Source: Anaerolineae bacterium
Lineage (GTDB): Bacteria > Chloroflexota > Anaerolineae > B4-G1 > DUEL01
NCBI GenBank assembly: GCA_049972045.1
Contig: JBMFKS010000004.1
Location: 1-61,296 of the forward strand
Direction: 5' to 3'
Length of the DNA: 61,296 nt
A program made the position numbers and the translations under genes. This document shows positions 35,372 through 45,684 of this stretch, in pieces. The first letter of the stretch is position 1. Each line of letters opens with the position of its first letter. Under the pieces are notes generated by a model. It did not search any database. It was not told the origin of the DNA and saw only the letters and a program-made list of their open reading frames with translations.

Positions 35372-36268
35372 TTACCCCGATGACGAAGTCAATGCCTTTA
35401 TCTGGTGAGCCGCGTGGAACGAACTGCGCACCAGCGGGCCGCTCTCCACCCAGCGGAATCCCATCTCCAGCCCGCGCTGCCGGAACTCCTCAAACTCTTC
35501 CGGGGTGTAGTAGCGGTCAATAGGGAGGTGACGGCGGGTCGGCTGAAGGTACTGGCCGATCGTCAGGATGTCCACCCCCACCCCGCGCAGGTCGGCCATC
35601 ACCGCCAGCACCTCATCGGCGGTCTCCCCCAGCCCCACCATCAGGCCGCTCTTGGTCAGGACGTCGGGGGCCATCCGGCGGGCGTTCTCCAGCACCGCCA
35701 GCGACCACTCATAGCGGTTGCGGGGCTGGACGCGCGGGAAGAGCCGGGGGACCGTCTCCACGTTGTGGTTGAGGACGTCGGGGCGGGCTTCCATCACCAC
35801 CCGCAGCAGGTCCGGGTCGCCCTGGAAGTCGGGGATCAGCACCTCTACGGTGCAGTCCGGAATTCGGGCGCGGATTTCCCGGATGACCGCGGCGAAGGCG
35901 GAGGCGCCGCCGTCGGGGAGATCATCTCGGGTGACGGAGGTGATCACGGCGTGGGAGAGACCCATCGCGGCCACGGTTTCTGCCACTCGCCGGGGCTCGT
36001 CCGGGTCCGGGGGCGCCGGATGCCCGCTGCGGACGTTGCAGAAGCGACAGGCCCGGGTGCAGGTATCCCCCAGGATGAGAAAGGTGGCCGTGTGCTCCTC
36101 CCAGCACCGACCGATGTTGGGACAATTGGCCTCCTCGCAGACCGTATGCAGGCGCTGGGTCCGCATCAGCCGCTTGAGACGGTGGTATTCCGGCCCTTCC
36201 CGATACGGCACCCGCAGCCACTCCGGACGGCGCTGCAGGCTTGTAGAAGGAACAACGTCCTGGGACAT
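35372..36268 (-). CDS. lipA: lipoyl synthase
   Basis: Contains [13 protein letters not shown] and the radical-SAM CTRACRFC clusters. Start is at 36268 (MSQDVV) or 36289. Confidence 0.92.
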   Translation of the reverse strand: MSQDVVPSTSLQRRPEWLRVPYREGPEYHRLKRLMRTQRLHTVCEEANCPNIGRCWEEHTATFLILGDTCTRACRFCNVRSGHPAPPDPDEPRRVAETVAAMGLSHAVITSVTRDDLPDGGASAFAAVIREIRARIPDCTVEVLIPDFQGDPDLLRVVMEARPDVLNHNVETVPRLFPRVQPRNRYEWSLAVLENARRMAPDVLTKSGLMVGLGETADEVLAVMADLRGVGVDILTIGQYLQPTRRHLPIDRYYTPEEFEEFRQRGLEMGFRWVESGPLVRSSFHAAHQIKALTSSSG

Positions 36269-36313
36269 CGCCCCCAACTCTCTTATCACGAATCACGAAT
36301 CACGAATCACCAA

Positions 36314-36751
36314 TCAGTTCCCCGTCAGCGTTCCCCGCACCCAGTCGCCGACCAGCCAGTAGCGGAAATCCTGCCCCTGGCTGCACTGGATGCCGCCGAT
36401 GACCCCGTAGACCAGAGCGGCCAGTGGGAGAAGGGCCAGCACCGCCACAAAGGGCCAGCAAAGCAGCCCGATGACAACGGCGGAGAGGAGAGTGGCGATG
36501 GCCGCAGCGATGGCAACCAGAACTCCACCCCCCACCCAGGCAATCAACTGGAAGATGAGAGATTGTAGGGAGTGATACGCCACGTAGCGGGACCGGTCTT
36601 TGAAGACCAGATAGATAATCAGTGCGGCCACCGGTCCCAGCGTTCCAGTGATCAGGTTCAGCAGGACGCTCAGGTGGGCCAGCATCGCCCACGTGCGCTC
36701 ATCGGAAGGAGAGAGAGGGGGCGGAGGGGTCCATTCTGTGCTCATCGGCAC
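36314..36751 (-). CDS. DUF4870-family membrane protein
   Basis: 145 aa with SDERTWAMLAHLS and several transmembrane helices. Confidence 0.65.
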   Translation of the reverse strand: MPMSTEWTPPPPLSPSDERTWAMLAHLSVLLNLITGTLGPVAALIIYLVFKDRSRYVAYHSLQSLIFQLIAWVGGGVLVAIAAAIATLLSAVVIGLLCWPFVAVLALLPLAALVYGVIGGIQCSQGQDFRYWLVGDWVRGTLTGN

Positions 36752-36766
36752 CTCCTGTTCAGTAAA

Positions 36767-38608
36767 TTACGCAAATTCTACCGGTCGGAGACGGGTCTCG
36801 GCGTCCAGGAACTGGGCCAGTTGTTCCCGGAAGAAAAGTTGAATGGTCCGGGTCGGGCCATGCCGGTGTTTGGCGACGATGATGTCGGCGATATGCTGTT
36901 TCTCCGTCTCCGGTTTGTACATCTCCTCGCGGTAGATGAACATGACCACGTCGGCGTCTTGCTCCAGGCTGTTGTGGACAATAATGTCTCCGGCCACGAA
37001 ATTGTGATGTCCGGGAACTTCCAGGTCAAAGACCTCTTCTTCGCCGGCTCCCTCTATGGAAGCAACCCGATCCCAATACACGTCGCTCTGGCTCAGGCGA
37101 ATCAACTCTTCGCTCTGGACAATCTGTCCAACCGGCAGCGCGCGTTCGCGGCTCAGGTTGGTTTTGGATAGAGCAGCGATGGGCTCGCCGGCCTTCAGTT
37201 GGTCCAATCGTTTCCATCCCTCTATGGTGCGAAAACGGTGGTTGGCCGTGGCCCGAATTTCCCGGCCCAACCGGGTCCGGAGGCGGTAGACGGGTGCTAT
37301 CCCAACCCGCCAGGCCTTACGGGCTTCTACGGGTTCCAATTTCCATGTCTGCTCGTTCAGAGCCATCACCCGAACAGGGTTGCCTTCACGGGCCAGTTGA
37401 CCGATGGGTATCCGCCGACCGTCGGCTAACTGAACGAGGGTCTCACCCGTCAGACAGCCGCTTTCGCGCAGGTCGGCCAGCACCGGCCGTTTATCCGTCC
37501 GTTGCTCCACCGCGCGGGAGAGTTGGGAGACCGCCAGGAGCGGCACGTCCAGTTCCCGCGCCAGACTCTTGAGCATGCGGGAGATATAGGAGACCTCCTG
37601 GACCCGGTTCTCCACCCGCACGTCGCTGGTCATCAGTTGCAGGTAGTCCACCACGATCAGGTCCAGGCCGTACTCGGCGTGAATCCGCCGCGCTTTGGTG
37701 CGCAGTTGCAGGGCGGAGATGGCGGGCGTGTCGTCAATAAAAATGGGGAGTTCGGAGAGCACTCCGGTGGCCTGGACCAGGAGGGGCCATTCCTCCTCCC
37801 GCAGTTGTCCCAGCCGGAGCCGCTGGGCGTCAATCCCTGTCTCGGCGGAGACCAGCCGCTGCACCACCTGCTCGGCGGACATCTCCAGGCTGAAAATGGC
37901 CACATGTTTGCCCATCCGGGCCGCGTTGCGGGCGATGGACAGGCAGAAGGACGTCTTCCCCACGCCGGGCCGGGCCGCAACGATGATCAGGTCCGACTTC
38001 TGCAATCCCCCCAGCAACTTGTCCAGGTCTATGAAGCCGGTGGGCACCCCCAGCGGTTCCCCCTGATGGGTGTAGAGATACTCAATCCGGTCGTAGAAGG
38101 GCCGGACGACCTCCTGGATGGGCACCAGGTCGCGGGTGATGCGTCGCTGGGAGATAGCAAAAAGGGACTGTTCTGCCCGGTCCAGGACCTCGCCGATTTC
38201 CTGAGCCTCCTGGTAGGCCAGTTGAGCGATGTCGCTGGCCGCGCTGATGAGGCGGCGGCGGATGGCGGCCTCTTCCACAATCCGCCCATAGGCCTCCACG
38301 TGGATGGCCGTGGGAACGGTATCTATCAGCCGGGCCAGGTAGGCAACCCCCCCCACTTCCTCCAGAATCCCCCGCGCTTCCAGTTCGTTGCGCAGGGTCA
38401 CGAGGTCCACCGGCTCCCGGCGGTCGTGGAGGGCCAGGATGGCCTCGTAAATCCAGCCGTTTTTCTGGATGTAGAAGTCCTCGGGGCGGAGAAACGAAGC
38501 AACCCGGTAGAGCGCGTCCGGGTCAATCAGCAGGGAGCCCAGGACCGCTTCCTCCGCCTCTACGTCGTGCGGGATGGTCTTCTCCGGAGCAATCAAGCCG
38601 ATTTTCAC
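36767..38608 (-). CDS. dnaB: replicative DNA helicase DnaB (intein-containing precursor)
   Basis: 613 aa with Walker A GVGKTS, RESG / SLEQDADVV flanking the intein, and the DnaB N-domain. Confidence 0.93.
   Translation of the reverse strand: MKIGLIAPEKTIPHDVEAEEAVLGSLLIDPDALYRVASFLRPEDFYIQKNGWIYEAILALHDRREPVDLVTLRNELEARGILEEVGGVAYLARLIDTVPTAIHVEAYGRIVEEAAIRRRLISAASDIAQLAYQEAQEIGEVLDRAEQSLFAISQRRITRDLVPIQEVVRPFYDRIEYLYTHQGEPLGVPTGFIDLDKLLGGLQKSDLIIVAARPGVGKTSFCLSIARNAARMGKHVAIFSLEMSAEQVVQRLVSAETGIDAQRLRLGQLREEEWPLLVQATGVLSELPIFIDDTPAISALQLRTKARRIHAEYGLDLIVVDYLQLMTSDVRVENRVQEVSYISRMLKSLARELDVPLLAVSQLSRAVEQRTDKRPVLADLRESGCLTGETLVQLADGRRIPIGQLAREGNPVRVMALNEQTWKLEPVEARKAWRVGIAPVYRLRTRLGREIRATANHRFRTIEGWKRLDQLKAGEPIAALSKTNLSRERALPVGQIVQSEELIRLSQSDVYWDRVASIEGAGEEEVFDLEVPGHHNFVAGDIIVHNSLEQDADVVMFIYREEMYKPETEKQHIADIIVAKHRHGPTRTIQLFFREQLAQFLDAETRLRPVEFA
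36971..37456 (-). mobile_element. DnaB mini-intein (162 aa, no homing-endonuclease domain)
   Basis: Covers aa 385-546: CLTGETLVQLADGRRIP...ATANHRF...VFDLEVPGHHNFVAGDIIVHN followed by S. It is inserted in the conserved LRESG|S(I/L)EQDAD site, as in the Rhodothermus and Synechocystis DnaB inteins. Confidence 0.88.
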
Positions 38609-38611
38609 TCC

Positions 38612-39100
38612 TCAGTGAATGGGGAGGTCATCCAGGTTCAGGCCGCGCAGGAACTCGTCAAAGGCGGATTCCTCTCCCTCTCCCTCCTCGCCCAGGTCCT
38701 GCTCGGGGACCACACCGGCCGCGTCCATCACCTCTTCGGCAACGTAGATGGGAGCCCGGGTACGAACGGCCAGGTTCATCGCGTCGGAGGGGCGGGAGTC
38801 CACCTCTATCGTCCGACCGTTGAGGCTGATGACGATGCGGGCGTAGAAGGTATCGTCCCGCAGTTCGGAGACCACGATGTACTGTACCACACCCCCCATC
38901 GCCTCAATGACGTTGCGGAGCAGGTCATGGGTCAACGGGCGGGCAACCGCCACCTGCTGGAGTTCTATGCTGAGGGCCTCCGCCTCATAGGGCCCGATCC
39001 AGATGGGGAGATACCGCTCCGAGCCCAGTTCTTTCAGGAGCACCACCCGATGCTGGGACATCAGGCTGACCTGGATGCCGGCGATTTTGACTTCAATCAT
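38612..39100 (-). CDS. bifunctional nuclease (DUF151/BFN) family protein
   Basis: Start [11 protein letters not shown] at 39100 after GAGGAGAGAA. Contains [20 protein letters not shown] and DSRPSDA. Confidence 0.75.
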   Translation of the reverse strand: MIEVKIAGIQVSLMSQHRVVLLKELGSERYLPIWIGPYEAEALSIELQQVAVARPLTHDLLRNVIEAMGGVVQYIVVSELRDDTFYARIVISLNGRTIEVDSRPSDAMNLAVRTRAPIYVAEEVMDAAGVVPEQDLGEEGEGEESAFDEFLRGLNLDDLPIH

Positions 39101-39167
39101 TTCTCTCCTCCCCCGATGCGCGCAGCGAAAATGAGGGCTTTTTCCCATTATACCACGACTTCACCGG

Positions 39168-39196
39168 TTGACAATTTCTCTGGCATCGGTTATACT
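39168..39196 (+). promoter_or_regulatory. candidate promoter of the rubredoxin/rubrerythrin cluster
   Basis: TTGACA (39168-39173), 17 nt, TATACT (39191-39196). Confidence 0.55.
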
Positions 39197-39261
39197 TTTC
39201 GCGAGGATGGGATGGTTCATGTTCCCACCGAACCGGGTTGGCGGTCGTTAAAATTACGACT

Positions 39262-39385
39262 TTTCCCCCCACCCCTTATGCCCCCTCGGGGCGAGACGCT
39301 CCCTCGGGTTGGGGGCTCGGGGCGAGCCCCGTCGGGGCGTGGCCCTTCGGGCTATCGGATCAGCCCCGAAGGGGCTTGGCAACAT
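39262..39385. repeat. GC-rich repeat array (CCTCGGGGCGAG / GGCCCTTCGGGC units)
   Basis: Same vocabulary as the other GC-rich arrays. It lies between the promoter and the rubredoxin gene. Confidence 0.65.
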
Positions 39386-39448
39386 TAGCCCGACGCTAAA
39401 GCGTCGGGCGGAAGAAGGGCTTCATCTTCGCATCCAGGAGGCAACCAC

Positions 39449-39607
39449 ATGGAGAAATGGGAATGCATGGTCTGCGGCTACATTTACGACCCCGCTCAAG
39501 GTGACCCCAGTCGCGGAATTCCTCCCGGAACCCCCTTTGAGGCCCTGCCGGAGGACTGGTCCTGTCCCGACTGCGGCGCGACGAAGGACATGTTTGAAAA
39601 GGTGTAG
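39449..39607 (+). CDS. rubredoxin
   Basis: 52 aa, absent from the supplied ORF track: [52 protein letters not shown], with two CxxCG knuckles. SD GGAGG. Confidence 0.88.
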   Translation: MEKWECMVCGYIYDPAQGDPSRGIPPGTPFEALPEDWSCPDCGATKDMFEKV

Positions 39608-39622
39608 ACGGACCAGCACTTC

Positions 39623-40843
39623 ATGAACCGATACGTCATCATCGGCAACGGCGTTGCGGGAGTAACGGCCGCCCAGTCCATCGCGCGCGCCCAGCCAGGG
39701 GCCGACCTCCACATCTACGCGGCGGAGCCGTACCCCTATTACCGCCGCCCCCAACTGCCCGATTACATCGCCGGAATCGTCGCCGAGGCCGATATTTTCT
39801 ACCGCCCCCCGGAGTGGTACGAACAGCAGGGCATCCGCGTCCACCTGAGCGCTCCGGTGGCGGAACTGGACCCCCAGGCCCACCGCCTGCGGCTGGCCGA
39901 CGGCACCGAAGTCCCTTATGACCGACTCCTGCTGGCCACGGGCGGACGGGCATGGATTCCGCCCATAGAGGGGGCCGGCCGCCCAGGCGTCTTCACTCTG
40001 CGCACGCTGGACGACGCCCGGGCCATCCGCCAGTTCGCCCAATCCGCCCGCCGGGGCGTGGTCATCGGCGGGGGCCTCCTGGGACTGGAGACGGCGCGGG
40101 CGCTGCGCGCCCTGGGGCTGGAGGTGACCGTCCTGGAGTTCGCTCCTTATCTGATGCCCCGCCAGTTGGACCGGGAAGGGGCGGCGGTGCTGGAGACGCT
40201 GCTCCAGCAGATGAACATCCGGACCGTCACCGGTGCAGCCACGGAAGCAGTTTTAGGAGACGGCGCGGTGCGGGCCGTGCACCTCAAAGACGGGCGGGAG
40301 TTCCCGGCCGACCTGGTGGTCTGTTCCACCGGCATCCGCTCCGAGGTGACACTGGCCCGCCAGGCTGGCCTGGCGGTGAACCGGGGAGTGGTGGTGGACG
40401 AGTACCTCCAGACCAGCGTGCCGGATGTCTACGCCGCCGGGGACGTGGCAGAGGCCGGCGGCATCGTCTACGGCATCGTCCCCGCCGCCATAGAGCAGGC
40501 GCGCGCGGCGGCGGCCAATCTGGTGGCCCCGGGAAGCGCCATCTACCCCGGCACTCTCCCCGCCACCACCCTCAAGGTCGTCGGCGCGGAGTTGACCTCG
40601 CTGGGGGAATGCGTGGCCGAAGGGGACGACCTGATCCTCCTCCGGCGCGCCGACCCGCAGAACGGTCGCTACCGCAAACTGGCCCTGCGGGATGGCCGCA
40701 TCGTCGGCGCCATTCTCCTCAACGAACGAGCGCACACTTCCCCCATCCGCCAGTTGATGGAGCGGGGCACCGACGTCTCGGCCTACGCCGACCTCCTAAT
40801 GGAGGAACAACCGGACTGGAACAGGCTGATGGCAAGGGGATAG
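39623..40843 (+). CDS. FAD/NAD(P)-dependent oxidoreductase (rubredoxin reductase-like)
   Basis: 406 aa with the IIGNGVAGVTAA dinucleotide fold, a second GGGLLGLE fold, and AAGDVAE. Confidence 0.8.
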   Translation: MNRYVIIGNGVAGVTAAQSIARAQPGADLHIYAAEPYPYYRRPQLPDYIAGIVAEADIFYRPPEWYEQQGIRVHLSAPVAELDPQAHRLRLADGTEVPYDRLLLATGGRAWIPPIEGAGRPGVFTLRTLDDARAIRQFAQSARRGVVIGGGLLGLETARALRALGLEVTVLEFAPYLMPRQLDREGAAVLETLLQQMNIRTVTGAATEAVLGDGAVRAVHLKDGREFPADLVVCSTGIRSEVTLARQAGLAVNRGVVVDEYLQTSVPDVYAAGDVAEAGGIVYGIVPAAIEQARAAAANLVAPGSAIYPGTLPATTLKVVGAELTSLGECVAEGDDLILLRRADPQNGRYRKLALRDGRIVGAILLNERAHTSPIRQLMERGTDVSAYADLLMEEQPDWNRLMARG

Positions 40844-40844
40844 A

Positions 40845-41348
40845 ATGGGAGAGAAAACCCAGCGCAACCTGTACGAAGCCTTCGTCGGCGAGGCCAAAGC
40901 CCACCGACGGCTGCTGGCCTTCGCCCGCAAAGCCGAGGAGGAGGGATACCCGGACGTGGCCCGTCTGTTCCGCGCCGTCGCCTACGCCGAGGGCATCCAC
41001 GCCGATATGGCCCTGCGGCTGATGGGCGAGGCCGTCGTCCGCTCCACCGAGGAGAACCTGCAATCCTCCTTTGAGCGGGAACGGTTCGCCAGCGGCATCG
41101 CCTACCCTCGCTTCATCCAGGAGGCGGAGGAGGAGGGCGACCAACGAGCCGCCCTGGTCTTCAGCCGGGCGCGGGACGTGGAGGAGGCCCACGCGGCTCT
41201 CTATAAACGGGCCATCAGTTGCATGCTCCGGGAGGAGCCTTGCACCTACTACGTCTGCGACGTCTGCGGGTACGTAGCGGAGGGTGAGCCCCCGGACGAG
41301 TGCCCCGTCTGCGGGGCGAAGCGGGAAAAGTTCGTGCGGATAGATTGA
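40845..41348 (+). CDS. rubrerythrin
   Basis: A ferritin-like four-helix domain (EAKAHRR, EGIH) plus a C-terminal rubredoxin-like CDVCG..CPVCG. Confidence 0.88.
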   Translation: MGEKTQRNLYEAFVGEAKAHRRLLAFARKAEEEGYPDVARLFRAVAYAEGIHADMALRLMGEAVVRSTEENLQSSFERERFASGIAYPRFIQEAEEEGDQRAALVFSRARDVEEAHAALYKRAISCMLREEPCTYYVCDVCGYVAEGEPPDECPVCGAKREKFVRID

Positions 41349-41375
41349 CCAACGTCACCCGAAATTCCCTTCAGT

Positions 41376-41520
41376 CCTACTGGTCAGTCCAGTTTATACT
41401 TATGGGTCCGAATGGCCGACGCGGCCAGAGGCCTATGCAGGCCACCAGTAGGGCAACTGCGAGCAGTTGCCCTACTGGAGGGCGCAAAGACCCTAAAAGT
41501 GCTGTTGACAAACCACTACC
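41376..41520 (+). repeat. full MITE-2 copy
   Basis: CCTACTGGTCAGTCCAG...GTAGGGCAACTGCGAGCAGTTGCCCTAC...GCTGTTGACAAACCACTACC. It ends 22 nt before the next start codon. Confidence 0.88.
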
Positions 41521-41542
41521 CACCAACAAAGCAAGGAGAGAC

Positions 41543-42031
41543 ATGGCCGTGTTTACAGCAGCAGAAGCCATCAACATGGCCCTTCGGATTGAACAGACCG
41601 GGGAGGCCTTCTATATGGGCATGGCCCGCAAGGTTCATGACCCCCAGGTGAAGACGGTTATGGAAGACCTGGCCGTTCAGGAACAGCGGCACTACAACGC
41701 GTTTATGAAACTGAGCGGATACGTCGCCGAGCCGCCGTCCCATTCCCAGCAGGAGTGGGAAGAGTATGCGCAGTACCTTCAGGTCGCGGTGGACAACGCC
41801 ATCTTCGCCGGGCCGGACAAGGCGCTGGCGCTGGCGGAGTCCATCGCCGACCCGAAGGATGCGCTGCGGATGGCGCTGGGGTTTGAGAAAGACACCCTGC
41901 TCTTCTACTACGACCTGCGGGAGATGATGCGCGAGGCCGACCGGCCCCTCGTCAACGAGATTATCCGCGAGGAGAAGGCCCACGTCCGGCGGCTGGCGAG
42001 CCTTTTGGGCGGCGCCCGGGGACAGGCATAA
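41543..42031 (+). CDS. ferritin-like / rubrerythrin-family diiron protein
   Basis: ATG at 41543 after AAGGAGAG; 162 aa. Contains ALRIEQTGEAFY, EQRHYNAF, FEKDTLLFY and REEKAHVRRL. Confidence 0.7.
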   Translation: MAVFTAAEAINMALRIEQTGEAFYMGMARKVHDPQVKTVMEDLAVQEQRHYNAFMKLSGYVAEPPSHSQQEWEEYAQYLQVAVDNAIFAGPDKALALAESIADPKDALRMALGFEKDTLLFYYDLREMMREADRPLVNEIIREEKAHVRRLASLLGGARGQA

Positions 42032-42086
42032 GCATCTGTGACAGTCACCTCACAAGGGTGACTGTCACCCTTTTAAGGAGGTGACC

Positions 42087-43154
42087 TTGAAGGGACTGAT
42101 TCTGAGCGGCGGCAAGGGCACCCGTCTCTACCCACTGACCTACACCCGCGCCAAGCAACTGATCCCGGTAGCCAACAAACCCATTCTCTTCCGCGTCATT
42201 GAGGCCATCCGGGATGCCGGCATCACCGACATCGGCATCGTCGTCGGCGACACCGCGGAGGAGATCAAACAGGCCGTCGGCCGGGGGAACCGCTGGGGGG
42301 TGAAGATCACCTACATCCACCAACCCCAACCGCTGGGCCTGGCCCACGCGGTCAAGGTGAGCCGGGACTATCTGGGCGATGACCCCTTCGTGATGTTCCT
42401 GGGGGATAACGTCATCCAGGGCGGCATCACCGAACTGGTCCGCCAGTTCCGGGAGTCGGACTGGAACGCCCAGATCGTGTTGACCCGCGTGGAACATCCG
42501 GAACAATACGGCGTCGCCGTCCTCAACGGCGAAGGGCGAGTGGTGCGGTTGATAGAGAAGCCCAAAGATCCCCCTTCCGACCTGGCCCTGGTCGGCATCT
42601 ATATGTTTGACCACCACATCCATCAGGCTGTGGACGAAATCCAGCCCTCCTGGCGGGGCGAACTGGAAATCACCGACGCCATCCAGTGGCTGGTGGAGCA
42701 CGACTATAAAGTCTTCCCGTACATCCATCGTGGCTGGTGGATTGACACCGGCAAACCCGGCGATATGCTGGAGGCCAACAGCATGGTGCTGCAGGAACTG
42801 ACCCCGGTCATAGAGGGGTTTGTGGACCGGGACTCCGAGGTGGACTGCCGGGTGACGGTGGAGAAGGGGGCGGAGATTATCAACAGTGTGGTGCGGGGGC
42901 CGACCATCATCGGCGAACGTTCCCGCATCGTCAACTCCTACATCGGCCCCTTCACTTCCATTTACCACGACGTGGTGGTGGAAAACAGCGAGATTGAGCG
43001 CTCCATCGTGCTGGAGTACAGCGTCATCCGCGACCTCCCCGCCCGTCTCCAGGACAGTTTGATCGGGCGCAATGCGGTGCTGACCCGCTCGCCGATGAAG
43101 CCCAAAGCGTTCAAGATGAATCTGGGGGATTATAGCCAAGTGGGGTTGCTGTAA
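42087..43154 (+). CDS. glucose-1-phosphate thymidylyltransferase, long form with C-terminal LbH domain
   Basis: MKGLILSGGKGTRLYPLTYTRAKQLIPVANKP. The TTG at 42087 lies 5 nt after AAGGAGG; the track start GTG 42081 overlaps the SD. Confidence 0.85.
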   Translation: MKGLILSGGKGTRLYPLTYTRAKQLIPVANKPILFRVIEAIRDAGITDIGIVVGDTAEEIKQAVGRGNRWGVKITYIHQPQPLGLAHAVKVSRDYLGDDPFVMFLGDNVIQGGITELVRQFRESDWNAQIVLTRVEHPEQYGVAVLNGEGRVVRLIEKPKDPPSDLALVGIYMFDHHIHQAVDEIQPSWRGELEITDAIQWLVEHDYKVFPYIHRGWWIDTGKPGDMLEANSMVLQELTPVIEGFVDRDSEVDCRVTVEKGAEIINSVVRGPTIIGERSRIVNSYIGPFTSIYHDVVVENSEIERSIVLEYSVIRDLPARLQDSLIGRNAVLTRSPMKPKAFKMNLGDYSQVGLL

Positions 43155-43215
43155 ATTCTGCGGCGGGCGGCGAAGCCGCCCGCCGCAAAACCCCTTCCTC
43201 ACCACCGGAGGGAAC

Positions 43216-43497
43216 ATGGCCGCAAAAGGCACAGTCATCATAGACGAGAACCGCTGCAAAGGGTGCGGACTCTGTGTTTCCGTCTGCCCAGTCCACATCC
43301 TGAAATTGGCCGACGGCCGGTTCAACATCCGGGGCTACCGGCCGGTGGAGGTGACGGACCCGGAAGCGTGCATCGGGTGCGCGATGTGTGCCACCATTTG
43401 CCCCGATGTGGTCTTCACCGTCTATCGCCGGAAAGCCCGCCGGGAGCAACCGGCCGATGAATCGGTCAGTGCAGAATCGCACGCCGTCCGCTGGTAG
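43216..43497 (+). CDS. korD: 2-oxoacid:ferredoxin oxidoreductase delta subunit (2x[4Fe-4S] ferredoxin)
   Basis: CKGCGLCVSVCP and CIGCAMCATICP motifs. Confidence 0.8.
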   Translation: MAAKGTVIIDENRCKGCGLCVSVCPVHILKLADGRFNIRGYRPVEVTDPEACIGCAMCATICPDVVFTVYRRKARREQPADESVSAESHAVRW

Positions 43498-43562
43498 GAC
43501 AAACGCATCCGGCCAATGATGCAAACCTGTCGCGTTGACAAGGGATTCCGGAGGTAACACCG

Positions 43563-44627
43563 ATGGCAAAAGAACTGTGGGAAGGGAATGCCGCCATCGC
43601 CGAAGCCGCCGTCCGGGCAGGAGTGGAGGCGTTCTTCGGCTACCCCATCACCCCGCAGACCGAGATTCTGGAACACCTCTCTCGCCGTCTGCCCGAACTG
43701 GGACGGGTCTTTCTGCAGGCCGAGAGTGAGGTGGCGTCCATCAATATGGTCTACGGTGCTGCCTGCGCGGGCGCGCGGGTGATGACGTCCTCTTCCAGCC
43801 CCGGCATCAGTCTGATGCAAGAGGGGTTCTCCTACATCGCCTGCTCCGAGGTGCCCGCCGTTATCATCAACGTTATGCGGGGCGGGCCCGGCCTGGGGAA
43901 CGTCGCCCCCTCCCAGGGGGACTATTTCCAGGCCGTGAAGATGGCCGGCCACGGCGATTTCCACCCCATCGTCCTGGCTCCGGGCAACATCCAGGAGGCC
44001 ATTGACCTGACCGTCCTGGCCTTTGACCTGGCGGAGAAGTACCGCACGATCGCCATGGTCCTGGCCGATGGCTCTCTGGGCCAGATGATGGAGCCGGCCC
44101 AGATGCCGCCGATGCGCCCCGTCCGCAAACCCGAGGAGCGGCCCGCCTGGGCGCTCACGGGTGCACAGGGCCGCCCGCCCAACATCATCACCTCTCTTTA
44201 CCTGGCAGAAGAGGTTCTGGAGAAGGTCAACCTGCGCCTGCAGGCCAAACTCCGGGAGATCGCGGCCAACGAGGTCCGCTGGAAGGAGTACTCCACCGAG
44301 GACGCCGACCTGCTGCTGGTGGCCTTCGGCACCGTGGGCCGGGTCTGCCAGACCGTGGTGCGGGAGGCGCGGGCGAAGGGGCTGAAGGCGGGCCTCCTGC
44401 GCCCCATCACGGTCTGGCCCTTCCCGTCGGCCCGCGTCGCCGAACTGGCCGCCCGGGTGCGGGGCATCCTGGTGGTGGAGATGAACGCCGGGCAGATGGT
44501 GGAGGACGTCCGGCTGGCCGTGGAGGGCCGCTGCCCCGTCCGCTTCTACGGCCGCATGGGGGGCATCATCCCCCTGCCGGACGAGATTCTGCCCCGATTG
44601 GAGGAATTGAACGAAGAAACAAAATAA
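43563..44627 (+). CDS. korA: 2-oxoglutarate/2-oxoacid:ferredoxin oxidoreductase alpha subunit
   Basis: 354 aa with [43 protein letters not shown]. Confidence 0.88.
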   Translation: MAKELWEGNAAIAEAAVRAGVEAFFGYPITPQTEILEHLSRRLPELGRVFLQAESEVASINMVYGAACAGARVMTSSSSPGISLMQEGFSYIACSEVPAVIINVMRGGPGLGNVAPSQGDYFQAVKMAGHGDFHPIVLAPGNIQEAIDLTVLAFDLAEKYRTIAMVLADGSLGQMMEPAQMPPMRPVRKPEERPAWALTGAQGRPPNIITSLYLAEEVLEKVNLRLQAKLREIAANEVRWKEYSTEDADLLLVAFGTVGRVCQTVVREARAKGLKAGLLRPITVWPFPSARVAELAARVRGILVVEMNAGQMVEDVRLAVEGRCPVRFYGRMGGIIPLPDEILPRLEELNEETK

Positions 44628-44644
44628 GGAGCACCAGGACAGCA

Positions 44645-44821
44645 ATGTCCCGCGATGACGAATCGGCCATTATAGAGTCTGAGGAGGTTTATCCGGGCGT
44701 GATCCTGGATTTCAACGCAGAAGGCCAGGTTGTTGGTGTGGAAATTCTCAATCTGAGCACCAGGGTCGCGCCAGAAAAACTGCAGGTTTTCCATTTTGAA
44801 ACGGCCCTGGCATCACCATGA
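44645..44821 (+). CDS. DUF2283-family small protein inserted between korA and korB
   Basis: 58 aa, not in the ORF track: MSRDDESAIIESEEVYPGVILDFNAEGQVVGVEILNLSTRVAPEKLQVFHFETALASP. G+C is visibly lower than in the flanking kor genes. Confidence 0.6.
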   Translation: MSRDDESAIIESEEVYPGVILDFNAEGQVVGVEILNLSTRVAPEKLQVFHFETALASP

Positions 44822-44854
44822 ATCCAGAGCCGGATACTCTGAAGGAGGTACACC

Positions 44855-45649
44855 ATGGCAACCGGACGGGAAATCCCTCCCGATATGGAACTGGTCTACC
44901 GCTACCCGGAGAGCCTGACGCCGAAGGTGACCCACTACTGCCCCGGCTGCACCCACGGGGTCATCCACCGGCTCATCGCCGAAGTGATTGACGAACTGGG
45001 GGTCCGGGAGCGGACCATCGGCGTGGCGCCGGTGGGGTGCGCGGTGCTGGCCTACGAGTACTTCAATATGGACTTCTGCGAGGCGGCTCACGGGCGGGCT
45101 CCGGCGATGGCCACCGGCATCAAGCGGGTCAGCCCCGACAAGGTGGTCTTCACCTATCAGGGCGACGGCGACCTGGCCGCCATCGGCACGTCGGAGATCA
45201 TCCACACCGCCAACCGGGGCGAACTCATCACCACCATCTTCGTCAACAACGCCATCTACGGGATGACCGGTGGACAGATGGCCCCCACCACCCTGCCCGG
45301 CCAGGTCACCACCTCCTCCCCGCGCGGACGGGATGTGGAGATGGCGGGCTGGCCGATGAGGATGGCCGAACTGATTGGCCTGCTCCCCGGCGCGGCCTAT
45401 GTCACCCGGCAGTCGGTGCTGGACGTGCCCAGCATCCGGCGCACCAAGAAGGCCATCAAACTGGCTTTCCAGGTCCAACTGGCCGGCCTGGGCTTCTCTA
45501 TGGTGGAAATCCTCTCCACCTGCAACACCAACTGGGGCCTGTCGCCGCTGGATGCGCTGGAGTGGGCCAAGCAGAATATGGTGCCCTACTATCCCCTGGG
45601 CGATACCAAAGTGGCCGACGGGGTGCGCGCGCTGATGGAGAAATCGTAG
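44855..45649 (+). CDS. korB: 2-oxoacid:ferredoxin oxidoreductase beta (TPP-binding) subunit
   Basis: Contains [12 protein letters not shown] and [11 protein letters not shown]. Confidence 0.88.
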   Translation: MATGREIPPDMELVYRYPESLTPKVTHYCPGCTHGVIHRLIAEVIDELGVRERTIGVAPVGCAVLAYEYFNMDFCEAAHGRAPAMATGIKRVSPDKVVFTYQGDGDLAAIGTSEIIHTANRGELITTIFVNNAIYGMTGGQMAPTTLPGQVTTSSPRGRDVEMAGWPMRMAELIGLLPGAAYVTRQSVLDVPSIRRTKKAIKLAFQVQLAGLGFSMVEILSTCNTNWGLSPLDALEWAKQNMVPYYPLGDTKVADGVRALMEKS

Positions 45650-45684
45650 CGCAGGCCGCCAGGCCTGCATTGAGGAGGCAACCC

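Noticed and set aside
39309-39626. 105-aa plus-strand ORF upstream of the oxidoreductase.
   Set aside because: A different frame of the same DNA encodes a textbook 52-aa rubredoxin with an SD. The 105-aa frame starts in repeat DNA and has no recognisable motifs.
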